NCBI RefSeq assembly: GCF_963921235.1
Contig: NC_086108.1
Coordinates: 115,632,001 to 115,696,000 of the forward strand
Source of the DNA: Mobula hypostoma
Taxonomy: Eukaryota
Direction of reading: 5' to 3'
DNA length: 64,000 nt
Shown piece after piece: positions 1 to 15,000 of the stretch. Under the pieces are notes generated by a model. It had not been told where the DNA came from. It saw only the letters and a list, made by a program, of their open reading frames with translations, and made no database searches. The position numbers were made by a program, and so were the translations under genes. The number at the start of each line of letters is the position of its first letter. Position 1 is the first letter of the stretch.

Positions 1-3000
1 GTGGAGTTTGCACGTTCTCCCTGTGACCGTGGAATTTACACGTTCTGCCTGTGACCGTGTCGAGTTTACACGTTCGGTTTGTGACCATGTCGAGTTTACA
101 CGTTCTGTATGTGACTGTGTGTAGGTTGTACATTCTCCCTGTGACCGTGCAATTTACACGTTCTCCCTGTGACTGTTTCGAGTTTACACGTTCTATCTGT
201 GATTGTGTGGAGTTTACACGCTTTGTCTGTGATTGTGTGTAGTTTACATGTTCTCCCTGTGACTGGTGTTTACACGCTCTCCATGTGACTGTGGAGTTTA
301 CACGTTCTGACTGTGACTGTGTCGAGTTTGCACGTTCTCACTGTGACCGTGTCGAGTTTACACGTTCTCACAGTGACCATGTGGGGTTCGCACGTTCTCC
401 CTGTGACCGTGTGGTGTTTACACATTCGGACTGTGACCGTGTGGAGTTTACATGTTCTCACTGTGACTGCGGTGCATACATGTTCTCCCCATGACTGTGC
501 GGCGTTTACACGCTCTCCCCGTGACAGTGCGGCGTTTACTCGCTCCCCCCCGTGAACGTGCGGAGTTAGTACGTTCACCCTGTAACCGTGTGGAGTTAGC
601 ACGTTCACCCCTTTACCGTGTGGAGTTTTCACGTTCTCCCTGTGTCTTTATGGAGTTTACACGTTCTGTCTGTGTCCGTGTGGAGTTTACGCATTCTCCC
701 TGTGACCGTGTGGGTTTCGCACGTTCTCCCTGTGACCGTGTGGAGTTTGCACGTTCTCCCTGTGACCATGTCGAGTTTACACGTTCTGTCTGTGATTGTG
801 TCGAGTTTACACGTTCTGGCTGTGACTGTGTCGAGTTTACACGTTCTCCCTGTGTCTTTATGGAGTTTACACGTTCCCCCTGTGACCGTGTGAGGTTTGC
901 AGGTTCTACATGTTATCCCTGAGACTGTGTGGCCTTTGCATGTTCTCCCTGTGACCGTGTGGAGTTTGCACGTTCTCCCTGTGACCATGTGGGGTTTACG
1001 CATTCTCCCTGTGACCGTGTGGGGTTCGCACGTTCTCCCTGTGACCGTGTGGAGTTTGCACGTTCTCCCTGTGACCATGTGGGGTTTACACATTCTCCCC
1101 GTGACTGTGCGGCGTTTGCACTCTCTCCCTGTGAACGTGCGGAGTTAGCACATTCACCCCGTGAACGTGTGGAGGTAGCACGTTCACCCCGTGAACGTGT
1201 GGAGTTAGCACGTTCACCCCGTGAACGTGTGGAGTTAGCACGTTCTCCCCGTGAACGCGTGGAGTTAGCACGTTCACCCCGTAACCGTGTGGAGTTAGCA
1301 CGTTCACCCCGTGACCGTGTGGAGTTAGCACGTTCACCCCGTAACCGTGTGGAGTTTCCACGTTCTCCCTGTATGTTTATGGAGTTTACACGTTCTGTCT
1401 GTGTCCGTGTGGAGTTTACACGTTCTCCCTGTGACTGTGTGGGGTTCGCACGTTCTCCCTGTGACCGTGTGGGGTTCGCACGTTCACCCTGTGACCGTGT
1501 GGGGTTCGCACATTCACCCCGTGACCATGTGGAGTTTCCATGTTCTCCCTCTGTCTTTATGGAGTTTACACGTTCTGTCTGTGTCCGTGTGGAGTTTACA
1601 CGTTCTCTGTGTGTCCGTGTGGAGCTTACACGTTCTCTGTGTGTCCGTGTGGAGTTTACATGTTCTCCCTGTGACTGTGTGCCGTTTGCAAGCTCTCACT
1701 GGGACCGTGTGGCGTTTCCAAGCTCTCACTGTGACTGTGTGGCGTTTGCACGCTCTTGACGTGACCGTGTGGCGTTTTCACTCTCCCCCTCTGACCTTCT
1801 GGCGTTTGCACGCTCTCGCCGTGACCGTGTTGCGTTTGCACCTTCTCCATGTGACCGTCTGGACTTTATACAATCTCACTGTGACTACGTGTAGTTTGCA
1901 CGTTCTCACTTTGACTTCGTGGAGTTTACACGTTCTCACTGTGACTTTGTGGTGTTTCCGCGCTCTATATGTGACTGTGGAGTTTACACGTTCTGACTGC
2001 GACGCTGTTGAGTTTGCACGCTCTCACTGTGACCGTGTGACGTTTGCACGCTATCGCCGTGACCGTCTGGCGATTCCACGCTCTCGCCGTGACCGTCTGT
2101 CGTTTGCACGCTCTTGCCGTGACCGTGTGACGTTTGCACGCTCCCCCTGTGACCGTGTGGCGTTTGCACGTTCTCCATGTGACCGTCTGGACTTTATACA
2201 ATCTCACTGTGACTACGTGTAGTTTGCATGTTCTCACTTTGACTTCGTGGAGTTTACACGTTCTCACTGTGACTTTGTGGTGTTTCCACGCTCTATATGT
2301 GACTGTGGAGTTTACACGTTCTGACTGCGACGCTGTTGAGTTTGCACGCTCTCACTGTGACCGTGTGATGTTTGCACGCTATCGCCGTGACCGTCTGGCG
2401 ATTCCACGCTCTCGCCGTGACCGTCTGGCGTTTGCACGCTCTTGCCGTGACCGTGTGGCGTTTGCACTCTCCCCCCTGACCTTCTGGCGTTTGCAAGTTC
2501 CCCCTGTGAACGTGTGGCGTTTGCACGTTCCCCCTGTGACCGTGTGGCGTTTGCACGTTTTCCCTGTGACCGTGTGGAGTTTGCACGTTTTGCATGTGAC
2601 CGTGACCGTTTGCACCTCCTCCCTGTGACAGTGGAATTTACACGTTCCCCCTGTGACCGTGTCGAGTTTACACGTTCTGTCTGTGACTGTGTCGAGTTTA
2701 CACGTTCTGCCTGTGTCTTTATGGAGTTTACACTTTCTCCCTGTCACCGTGTGAGGTTTGCAGGTTCTACCTGTTATCCCTGAGACTGTGTGGCCTTTGC
2801 ACGTTGTCCCTGTGACCGTGTGTAGATTGCACATTCTCCCTGTAACTGTGTGCTATTTACACTCTCTCCCTGTGACCGTGTGGAGTTTGCACGTTTTCCC
2901 TGTGACCGTGTGGCGTTTGCACACTCCCGCTGTGATTGTGTGGCGTTTGCATGTTCTCCCTGTGACCGTGTGGAGTTTGCACGTTCTCACTGTGATCGTG

Positions 3001-6000
3001 TCGAGTTTGCACGTTCTCCATGTGACCGTGTGGACTTTATATGTTCTCACTGTGACTGCGTGTAGTTTGCACGTTCTCACTTTGACTTCGTCGAGTTTAC
3101 ACGTTCTCGCTGTAACTTTGTGGTGTTTCCACGCTCTATTGTAACTGTGGAGTTTACACATTCTGACTGTGACGGTGTTGAGTTTGCACGCTCTCAGTGT
3201 GACCGTGTGGCGTTTGCACGCTCGCACTGTGACCGTGTGGCGTTTGCACGCTCGCAGCGTGACCGTGTGGCGTTTGCACGCTCGCACTGTGACCGTGTGG
3301 CGTTTGCACGCTCTCGCCGTGACCGTCTGGCGTTTCCATGCTCTCGCCGTGACCGTCTGGCGTTTGCACGCTCTTGCCATGACTGTGTGGCGTTTGCACT
3401 CTCCCCCCCTGACCTTCTGGCGTTTGCACGTTCCCCCTGTGAACGTGTGGCGGTTGCACATTCCCCCTGTGACCGTGTGGCGTTTGCACGTTTTCCCTGT
3501 GACCGTGTGGCGTTTGCACGTTCTGCCTGTGACCGTGTCGAGTTTACACGTTTGGCCTGTGACCATGTCGAGTTTACACGTTCTGTCTGTGACTGTGTGT
3601 AGGTTGTACATTCTCCCTGTGACCGTGCAATTTACACGTTTTCCCTGTGACTGTTTCGAGTTTACACGTTCTATCTGTGATTGTGTGGAGTTTACACGCT
3701 TTGTCTGTGATTGTGTGTAGTTTACACGTTCTCCCTGTGACTATGTGGTGTTTACACGCTCTCCATGTGACTGTGGAGTTTACACGTTCTGACTGTGACT
3801 GTGTCGAGTTTGCACGTTCTCACTGTGACCGTGTCGAGTTTGCACGTTCTCACAGTGACCGTGTGGGGATCAGACGTTCTCCCTGTGACCGTGTGGAGTT
3901 CGCACATTCTCCCTGTGACCGTGTGGTGTTTACACATTCTGACTGTGACCGTGTGGATTTTACATGTTCTACCTGTGACTGCACGGTGCTTACATGTTCT
4001 CCCCGTGACTGTGCGGCGTTTGCACGTTCTCCCTGTGACCGTGTGGGGTTTGCACATTCCCCCTGTCACCGTTGTGGAGTTCGCACGTTATCCCTGCGAC
4101 CGTGTGGGGTTCGCACGTTCTTCCTGTGACCGTGTGGAGTTGACACGTTCTCCCTGTGACCGTCGGGTTTGCACGTTCTCCCTGTGACTGTGTGGAATTT
4201 GCATGTTCCCCCTGCAACCGTGTGGAGTTTGCACGTTCCCCCTGTGACCGTGTGGGGTTTGCACGTTCTCCCTGTAACCGTGTGGGGTTTGCACGTTACC
4301 CCTGTGACCGTGTGGGGTTTGCATGTTCCCCCTATGACCGGGTGGAGTTTGCACGTTCTCCCTGTGTCTTTATGGAGTTTACACGTTCTCTCTGTGTCCG
4401 TGTGGAGCTTACATGTTCTCTTTTGTCCATGTGGAGTTTACACATTCACTGTGTACCCGTGTGGAGTTTATACGTTCTCTCTGAGTCCGTGTGGAGTTTA
4501 CACGTTCTCTCTGTGTCCGTGTGGAGTTTACACTTCCACTGTGTGTCCTTGTGCATTTTCCACGTTCTCCCTGTGACTGTGTGGTGTTTACACGCTTTCC
4601 ATGTGACTGTGGAGTTTACACATTTGTCCCGTGACCGTGTCGAGTTCGCACGCTCTCACTGTGACCGTGTGGTGTTTGCACGGTCTGGCCGTGACCGTGT
4701 GGAGTTTGCACGCTCTTGCCGTGACCGTGCTGTGTTTACACTCTCCCCCTGTGACCTTGTGGTGTTTGCACGTTCCCCATGTGACCGTCTGACGTTTGCT
4801 CGTTCCCTCGAGGCCGTGTGGCGTTTGCACCTTCCTCCTGATATCGTGTGGCCTTTGCATGTTCCCCCCGAGACTGTGTGGCATTTGAACGTTCTCCCTG
4901 TGACTGTGTCGAGTTTACACGTTCTATCTGTGATTGTGTGGAGTTTATACGTTTTATCTGTGATTGTGTGGAATTTACACGTTCTTCCCTGTGTCTTCAT
5001 GGAGATTACACGCTCTCGCTGTGTCGGTGTGGGGATTGCTCGCTCTCACTGTGACCTTGTGTCGTTTGCTCGTTTTCCCTGTGACCGTGCAGGATTTGCA
5101 CATTCTCCCTGTGACCGTGTGGAGCTTACACGTTCTCCCTGTGACTGAGCAGCGTTTGCACGTTCCCCCTGTGACCGTGTGGGGTTTGAACGTTCCTCCT
5201 GTGACCGTGTGGAGTTTGCTCGTTCTCCCTGTGTCTTTATGGAGTTTACAACTTCTCAGCGTTTCCGTGTGGAGCTTACACGTTCTCTATGTGTCCATAT
5301 AGAGTTTACACGTTCTCTCTGTGTCCGTGTGCAGTTTACACGTTCTCCCTGTGACCATGTGGAGTTTGCACGCTCTCGCTGTGACTGTGTCGAGTTTGCA
5401 CGTTCTCACTTCGACTTCGTGGAGTTTACACGTTCTCACTGTGACGTTGTGGTGTTTCCACGCTCTATATGCGACTGTGGAGTTCACACGTTCTGACTAT
5501 GACTGTGTTGAGTTTGAACACTCTCACTGTTACCGTGTGGCGTTTGCACGCTCTCACTATTACCGTGTGGCATTTGCATGCTCTCACTGTGACCGTGTAA
5601 TGTTTACACGCTCTCGCCGTGACCGTCTGGCGTTTGCACGCTTTCGCCGTGACCGTCTGGCGTTTGCACGCTTTTGTCGTGACCGTGTGGCGTTTGCATG
5701 CTCTTGTCGTCACTGTGTGGTGTTTGCACGCTGTTGCCGTGACAGTGTGGTGTTTGCACGCTCTTGCCGCGACCGTGTGGCGTTTGCACGCTCCCCCTCT
5801 GACCATTTGGCGTTTACACGTTCCCCCTGTGACTGTGTGGCTTTTGCACGTTCCCCCGTGACCGTGTGGCGTTTGCACGTTCCCACTCTGACCGTGTGGA
5901 GTTTGCACGTTCTCCCTGTGATCGTGGAATTTACACATTCCGCCTGTGACCGTGGAAATTGCACGTTCCCCCTGTGACCGTGTTGCGTTTGCACGTTCCC

Positions 6001-9000
6001 CCTGTGACTGTGTGGAGTTTACACATTCTCCCTGTGTCTTTATGGAGATTACACGTTCTGCCTGTGACTGTGTCGAGATTACACGTTCTATCTGTGACCA
6101 TGTGGAATTTACACGTTCTGTCTGTGACCGTGTGGAGTTTGCACGTCCTCCCTGTGACCGTGGAATTTACACGTTCCGTCTATGACCGTGGAATTTACAC
6201 GTTCCGCCTGTGACCGTGTGGAATTTACACGTTCTATCTGTGACCGTCGAGTTTGCATGTTCTCCCTGTGACCGTGTGGGGTTTGCACGTTCCGCCTGTG
6301 ACCGTGTGGGGTTTGCATGTTCCCCCTGTGACCGGGTGGACTTTGCACGTTCTCCCTGTGTCTTTATGGAGTTTACACGTTCTCTCTGTGTCCGTGTGGA
6401 GCTTACACGTTCTCTTTTGTCCATGTGGAGTTTACACTTTCACTGTGTGTCCTTGTGCATTTTCCACGTTCTCCCTGTGACTGGGTGGTGTTTCCACGCT
6501 TTCCATGTGACTGTGCAGTTTACACATTCGCCAGGTGACCGTGTGGAGATTACATGCTCTCGCTGTGACCGTGTCGAGTTTGCACGTTCTCACTTCGACT
6601 TCGTGGAGTTTACACGTTCTCACTGTGACGTTGTGGTGTTTCCACGCTCTATATGTGACTGTGGAGTTTACACGTTCTGACTACGACGGTGTTGAGTTTG
6701 AACACTCTCACTGTTACCGTGTGGCATTTGCATGCTCTCACTGTGACCGTGTAATGTTTACACGCTCTCGCCGTGACCGTCTGGCGTTTGCACGCTTTTG
6801 TCGTGACTGTGTGGCGTTTGCATGCTCTTGTCGTCACTGTGTGGTGTTTGCACGCTGTTGCCGTGACAGTGTGGTGTTTGCACGCTCTTGCCGCGACCGT
6901 GTGGCATTTGCACGCTCCCCCTCTGACCTTTTGGCGTTTGCACGTTCCCCCTGTGACCGTGTGGCGTTTGCACGTTCCCACTCTGACCGTGTGGAGTTTG
7001 CACGTTCTCCCTGTGACCGTGGAATTTACACATTCCGCCTGTGACCGTGGAATTTGCACGTTCCCCCGTGACCGTGTTGCGTTTGCACGTTCCCCCTGTG
7101 ACTGTGTGGAGTTTACACGTTCTCCCTGTGTCTTTATGGAGATTACACGTTCTGCCTGTGACTGTGTCGAGATTACACGTTCTATCTGTGACCATGTGGA
7201 GTTTACACGTTCTCCCTGTGTCTCTATGGAGATTACACGTTCCCCCTGTGACCATGTGGAGTTTGCACGTCCTCCCTGTGACCGTGGAATTTACACGTTC
7301 CACCTGTGACAGTGGAATTTACACGTTCCGCCTGTGACCGTGTCGAATTCACACGTTCTATCTGTGACCGTCGGGTTTGCACGTTCTCCCTGTGACTGTG
7401 TGGAATTTACATGTTCTACCTGTGACTGCACGGTGCTTACATGTTCTCCCCGTGACTGTGCGGCGTTTGCACGTTCTCCCTGTGACCGTGTGGGGTTTGC
7501 ACATTCCCCCTGTCACCGTTGTGGAGTTCGCACGTTCTCCCTGCGACCGTGTGGGGTTCGTAAGTTCTTCCTATGACCGTGTGGAGTTGACACGTTCTCC
7601 TTGTGACCGTGTGGAGTTTGCACGTTCTCCCTGTGACCGTCGGGTTTGCACGTTCTCCCTGTGACTGTGTGGAATTTGCATGTTCCCCCTGCAACCGTGT
7701 GGAGTTTGCACGATCCCCCTGTGACCGTGTGGGGTTTGCACGTTCTCCCTGTGACCGTGTGGGGTTTGCACGTTACCCCTGTGACCGTGTGGGGTTTGCA
7801 CGTTCTCCCTGTGACCGTGTGGGGTTTGCACATTACCCCTGTGACCATGTGGGGTTTGCATGTTCCCCCTATGACCGGGTGGAGTTTGCACGTTCTCCCT
7901 GTGTTTTTATGGAGTTTACACGTTCTCTCTGTGTCCGTGTGGAGCTTTCATGTTCTCTTTTGTCCATGTGGAGTTTACACATTCACTGTGTACCCGTGTG
8001 GAGTTTACACGTTCTCTCTGTGTCCGTGTGGAGTTTACACTTCCACTTTGTGTCCTTGTGCATTTTCCACGTTCTCCCTGTGACTGTGTGGTGTTTACAC
8101 GCTTTCCATGTGACTGTGGAGTTTACACATTTGTCCCGTGACCGTGTCGAGTTCGCACGCTCTCACTGTGACCGTGTGGTGTTTGCACGGTCTGGCCGTG
8201 ACCGTGTGGAGTTTGCACGCTCTTGCCGTGACCGTGCTGTGTTTGCACTCTCCCCCTGTGACCTTGTGGTGTTTGCACGTTCCCCATGTGACCGTCTGAC
8301 GTTTGCTCGTTCCCTCGAGGCCGTGTGGCGTTTGCACCTTCCTCCTGATATCGTGTGGCCTTTGCATGTTCCCCCCGAGACTGTGTGGCATTTGAACGTT
8401 CTCCCTGTGACTCTGTCGAGTTTACACGTTCTATCTGTGATTGTGTGGAGTTTATACGTTTTGTCTGTGATTGTGTGGAATTTACACGTTCTTCCCTGTG
8501 TCTTCATGGAGATTACACGCTCTCGCTGTGACCGTGTGGGGATTGCTCGCTCTCACTGTGACCTTGTGTCTTTTGCTCATTTTCCCTGTGACCGTGCAGG
8601 ATTTGCACGTTCTCCCTGTGACCGTGTGGAGCTTACACGTTCTCCCTGTGACTGAGTAGCGTTTGCATGTTCCCCCTGTGACCGTGTGGGGTTTGCACGT
8701 TCCACTTGTGACCGGGTGGAGTTTGCACGTTCTCCCTGTGTCTTTATGGAGTTTACACGTTCTCTCTGTGTCCGTGTGGAGCTTACATGTTCTCTTTTGT
8801 CCATGTGGAGTTTACATATTCACTGTGTACCCGTGTGGAGTTTATACGTTCTCTCTGAGTCCGTGTGGAGTTTACACGTTCTCTCTGTGTCCGTGTGGAG
8901 TTTACACTTCCACTGTGTGTCCTTGTGCATTTTCCACGTTCTCCCTGTGACTGTGTGGTGTTTACACGCTTTCCATGTGACTGTGGAGTTTACACATTTG

Positions 9001-12000
9001 TCCCGTGACCGTGTCGAGTTCGCACGCTCTCACTGTGACCGTGTGGTGTTTGCACGGTCTGGCCGTGACCGTGTGGAGTTTGCACGCTCTTGCCGTGACC
9101 GTGCTGTGTTTACACTCTCCCCCTGTGACCTTGTGGTGTTTGCACGTTCCCCATGTGACCGTCTGACGTTTGCTCGTTCCCTCGAGGCCGTGTGGCGTTT
9201 GCACCTTCCTCCTGATATCGTGTGGCCTTTGCATGTTCCCCCCGAGACTGTGTGGCATTTGAACGTTCTCCCTGTGACTGTGTCGAGTTTACACGTTCTA
9301 TCTGTGATTGTGTGGAGTTTATACGTTTTATCTGTGATTGTGTGGAATTTACACGTTCTTCCCTGTGTCTTCATGGAGATTACACGCTCTCGCTGTGTCG
9401 GTGTGGGGATTGCTCGCTCTCACTGTGACCTTGTGTCGTTTGCTCGTTTTCCCTGTGACCGTGCAGGATTTGCACATTCTCCCTGTGACCGTGTGGAGCT
9501 TACACGTTCTCCCTGTGACTGAGCAGCGTTTGCACGTTCCCCCTGTGACCGTGTGGGGTTTGAACGTTCCTCCTGTGACCGTGTGGAGTTTGCTCGTTCT
9601 CCCTGTGTCTTTATGGAGTTTACAACTTCTCAGCGTTTCCGTGTGGAGCTTACACGTTCTCTATGTGTCCATATAGAGTTTACACGTTCTCTCTGTGTCC
9701 GTGTGCAGTTTACACGTTCTCCCTGTGACCATGTGGAGTTTGCACGCTCTCGCTGTGACTGTGTCGAGTTTGCACGTTCTCACTTCGACTTCGTGGAGTT
9801 TACACGTTCTCACTGTGACGTTGTGGTGTTTCCACGCTCTATATGCGACTGTGGAGTTCACACGTTCTGACTATGACTGTGTTGAGTTTGAACACTCTCA
9901 CTGTTACCGTGTGGCGTTTGCACGCTCTCACTATTACCGTGTGGCATTTGCATGCTCTCACTGTGACCGTGTAATGTTTACACGCTCTCGCCGTGACCGT
10001 CTGGCGTTTGCACGCTTTCGCCGTGACCGTCTGGCGTTTGCACGCTTTTGTCGTGACCGTGTGGCGTTTGCATGCTCTTGTCGTCACTGTGTGGTGTTTG
10101 CACGCTGTTGCCGTGACAGTGTGGTGTTTGCACGCTCTTGCCGCGACCGTGTGGCGTTTGCACACTCCCCCTCTGACCATTTGGCGTTTACACGTTCCCC
10201 CTGTGACTGTGTGGCTTTTGCACGTTCCCCCGTGACCGTGTGGCGTTTGCACGTTCCCACTCTGACCGTGTGGAGTTTGCACGTTCTCCCTGTGATCGTG
10301 GAATTTACACATTCCGCCTGTGACCGTGGAAATTGCACGTTCCCTCTGTGACCGTGTTGCGTTTGCACGTTCCCCCTGTGACTGTGTGGAGTTTACACAT
10401 TCTCCCTGTGTCTTTATGGAGATTACACGTTCTGCCTGTGACTGTGTCGAGATTACACGTTCTATCTGTGACCATGTGGAATTTACACGTTCTGTCTGTG
10501 ACCGTGTGGAGTTTGCACGTCCTCCCTGTGACCGTGGAATTTACACGTTCCGTCTATGACCGTGGAATTTACACGTTCCGCCTGTGACCGTGTGGAATTT
10601 ACACGTTCTATCTGTGACCGTCGAGTTTGCATGTTCTCCCTGTGACCGTGTGGGGTTTGCACGTTCCGCCTGTGACCGTGTGGGGTTTGCATGTTCCCCC
10701 TGTGACCGGGTGGACTTTGCACGTTCTCCCTGTGTCTTTATGGAGTTTACACGTTCTCTCTGTGTCCGTGTGGAGCTTACACGTTCTCTTTTGTCCATGT
10801 GGAGTTTACACTTTCACTGTGTGTCCTTGTGCATTTTCCACGTTCTCCCTGTGACTGGGTGGTGTTTCCACGCTTTCCATGTGACTGTGCAGTTTACACA
10901 TTCGCCAGGTGACCGTGTGGAGATTGCATGCTCTCGCTGTGACCGTGTCGAGTTTGCACGTTCTCACTTCGACTTCGTGGAGTTTACACGTTCTCACTGT
11001 GACGTTGTGGTGTTTCCACGCTCTATATGTGACTGTGGAGTTTACACGTTCTGACTACGACGGTGTTGAGTTTGAACACTCTCACTGTTACCGTGTGGCA
11101 TTTGCATGCTCTCACTGTGACCGTGTAATGTTTACACGCTCTCGCCGTGACCGTCTGGCGTTTGCACGCTTTCGCCGTGACCGTCTGGCGTTTGCACGCT
11201 TTTGTCGTGACCGTGTGGCGTTTGCATGCTCTTGTCGTCACTGTGTGGTGTTTGCACGCTGTTGCCGTGACAGTGTGGTGTTTGCACGCTCTTGCCGCGA
11301 CCGTGTGGCGTTTGCACGCTCCCCCTCTGACCATTTGGCGTTTACACGTTCCCCCTGTGACTGTGTGGCTTTTGCACGTTCCCCCGTGACCGTGTGGCGT
11401 TTGCACGTTCCCACTCTGACCGTGTGGAGTTTGCACGTTCTCCCTGTGATCGTGGAATTTACACATTCCGCCTGTGACCGTGGAAATTGCACGTTCCCCC
11501 TGTGACCGTGTTGCGTTTGCACGTTCCCCCTGTGACTGTGTGGAGTTTACACATTCTCCCTGTGTCTTTATGGAGATTACACGTTCTGCCTGTGACTGTG
11601 TCGAGATTACACGTTTTATCTGTGACCATGTGGAATTTACACGTTCTGTCTGTGACCGTGTGGAGTTTGCACGTCCTCCCTGTGACCGTGGAATTTACAC
11701 GTTCCGTCTATGACCGTGGAATTTACACGTTCCGCCTGTGACCGTGTGGAATTTACACGTTCTATCTGTGACCGTCGAGTTTGCATGTTCTCCCTGTGAC
11801 CGTGTGGGGTTTGCACGTTCCGCCTGTGACCGTGTGGGGTTTGCATGTTCCCCCTGTGACCGGGTGGACTTTGCACGTTCTCCCTGTGTCTTTATGGAGT
11901 TTACACGTTCTCTCTGTGTCCGTGTGGAGCTTACACGTTCTCTTTTGTCCATGTGGAGTTTACACTTTCACTGTGTGTCCTTGTGCATTTTCCACGTTCT

Positions 12001-15000
12001 CCCTGTGACTGGGTGGTGTTTCCACGCTTTCCATGTGACTGTGCAGTTTACACATTCGCCAGGTGACCGTGTGGAGATTACATGCTCTCGCTGTGACCGT
12101 GTCGAGTTTGCACGTTCTCACTTCGACTTCGTGGAGTTTACACGTTCTCACTGTGACGTTGTGGTGTTTCCACGCTCTATATGTGACTGTGGAGTTTACA
12201 CGTTCTGACTACGACGGTGTTGAGTTTGAACACTCTCACTGTTACCGTGTGGCATTTGCATGCTCTCACTGTGACCGTGTAATGTTTACACGCTCTCGCC
12301 GTGACCGTCTGGCGTTTGCACGCTTTTGTCGTGACTGTGTGGCGTTTGCATGCTCTTGTCGTCACTGTGTGGTGTTTGCACGCTGTTGCCGTGACAGTGT
12401 GGTGTTTGCACGCTCTTGCCGCGACCGTGTGGCATTTGCACGCTCCCCCTCTGACCTTTTGGCGTTTGCACGTTCCCCCTGTGACCGTGTGGCGTTTGCA
12501 CGTTCCCACTCTGACCGTGTGGAGTTTGCACGTTCTCCCTGTGACCGTGGAATTTACACATTCCGCCTGTGACCGTGGAATTTGCACGTTCCCCCGTGAC
12601 CGTGTTGCGTTTGCACGTTCCCCCTGTGACTGTGTGGAGTTTACACGTTCTCCCTGTGTCTTTATGGAGATTACACGTTCTGCCTGTGACTGTGTCGAGA
12701 TTACACGTTCTATCTGTGACCATGTGGAGTTTACACGTTCTCCCTGTGTCTCTATGGAGATTACACGTTCCCCCTGTGACCATGTGGAGTTTGCACGTCC
12801 TCCCTGTGACCGTGGAATTTACACGTTCCACCTGTGACAGTGGAATTTACACGTTCCGCCTGTGACCGTGTCGAATTCACACGTTCTATCTGTGACCGTC
12901 GGGTTTGCACGTTCTCCCTGTGACTGTGTGGAATTTACATGTTCTACCTGTGACTGCACGGTGCTTACATGTTCTCCCCGTGACTGTGCGGCGTTTGCAC
13001 GTTCTCCCTGTGACCGTGTGGGGTTTGCACATTCCCCCTGTCACCGTTGTGGAGTTCGCACGTTCTCCCTGCGACCGTGTGGGTTTCATAAGTTCTTCCT
13101 ATGACCGTGTGGAGTTGACACGTTCTCCTTGTGACCGTGTGGAGTTTGCACGTTCTCCCTGTGACCGTCGGGTTTGCACGTTCTCCCTGTGACTGTGTGG
13201 AATTTACATGTTCTACCTGTGACTGCACGGTGCTTACATGTTCTCCCCGTGACTGTGCGGCGTTTGCACGTTCTCCCTGTGACCGTGTGGGGTTTGCACA
13301 TTCCCCCTGTCACCGTTGTGGAGTTCGCACATTCTCCCTGCGACCGTGTGGGGTTCGTAAGTTCTTCCTATGACCATGTGGAGTTGACACGTTCTCCCTG
13401 TGACCGTGTGGAGTTTGCACGTTCTCCCTGTGACCGTCGGGTTTGCACGTTCTCCCTGTGACTGTGTGGAATTTGCATGTTCCCCCTGCAACCGTGTGGA
13501 GTTTGCACGATCCCCCTGTGACCGTGTGGGGTTTGCACGTTCTCCCTGTGACCGTGTGGGGTTTGCACGTTACCCCTGTGACCGTGTGGGGTTTGCACGT
13601 TCTCCCTGTGACCGTGTGGGGTTTGCACATTACCCCTGTGACCATGTGGGGTTTGTATGTTCCCCCTATGACCGGGTGGAGTTTGCACGTTCTCCCTGTG
13701 TTTTTATGGAGTTTACACGTTCTCTCTGTGTCCGTGTGGAGCTTTCATGTTCTCTTTTGTCCATGAGGAGTTTACACATTCACTGTGTACCCGTGTGGAG
13801 TTTACACGTTCTCTCTGTGTCCGTGTGGAGTTTACACTTCCACTTTGTGTCCTTGTGCATTTTCCACGTTCTCCCTGTGACTGTGTGGTGTTTACACGCT
13901 TTCCATGTGACTGTGGAGTTTACACATTTGTCCCGTGACCGTGTCGAGTTCACACGCTCTCACTGTGACCGTGTGGTGTTTGCACGGTCTGGCCGTGACC
14001 GTGTGGAGTTTGCACGCTCTTGCCGTGACCGTGCTGTGTTTGCACTCTCCCCCTGTGACCTTGTGGTGTTTGCACGTTCCCCATGTGACCGTCTGACGTT
14101 TGCTCGTTCCCTCGAGGCCGTGTGGCGTTTGCACCTTCCTCCTGATATCGTGTGGCCTTTGCATGTTCCCCCCGAGACTGTGTGGCATTTGAACGTTCTC
14201 CCTGTGACTCTGTCGAGTTTACACGTTCTATCTGTGATTGTGTGGAGTTTATACGTTTTGTCTGTGATTGTGTGGAATTTACACGTTCTTCCCTGTGTCT
14301 TCATGGAGATTACACGCTCTCGCTGTGACCGTGTGGGGATTGCTCGCTCTCACTGTGACCTTGTGTCTTTTGCTCATTTTCCCTGTGACCGTGCAGGATT
14401 TGCACGTTCTCCCTGTGACCGTGTGGAGCTTACACATTCTCCCTGTGACTGAGTAGCGTTTGCATGTTCCCCCTGTGACCGTGTGGGGTTTGCACGTTCC
14501 ACTTGTGACCGTGTGGAGTTTGCTCGTTCTCCCTGTGTCTTTATGGAGTTTACAACTTCTCTGCGTTTCCGTGTGGAGCTTACACGTTCTCTGTGTGTCC
14601 GTATAGAGTTTACACGTTCTCTCTGTGTCCGTGTGCAGTTTACACGTTCTCCCTGTGACCATGTGGAGTTTGCACGCTCTCGCTGTGACTGTGTCGAGTT
14701 TGCACGTTCTCACTTCGACTTCGTGGAGTTTACACATTCTCACTGCGACGTTGTGTTGTTTCCACGCTCTATATGTGACTGTGGAGTTTACACGTTCTGA
14801 CTATGACTGTGTTGAGTTTGAACACTCTCACTGTTACCGTGTGGCGTTTGCACGCTCTCACTATTACCGTGTGGCATTTGCATGCTCTCACTGTGACCGT
14901 GTAATGTTTACACGCTCTCGCCGTGACCGTCTGGCGTTTGTACGCTTTTGTCGTGACCGTGTGGCGTTTGCATGCTCTTGTCGTCACTGTGTGGTGCTTG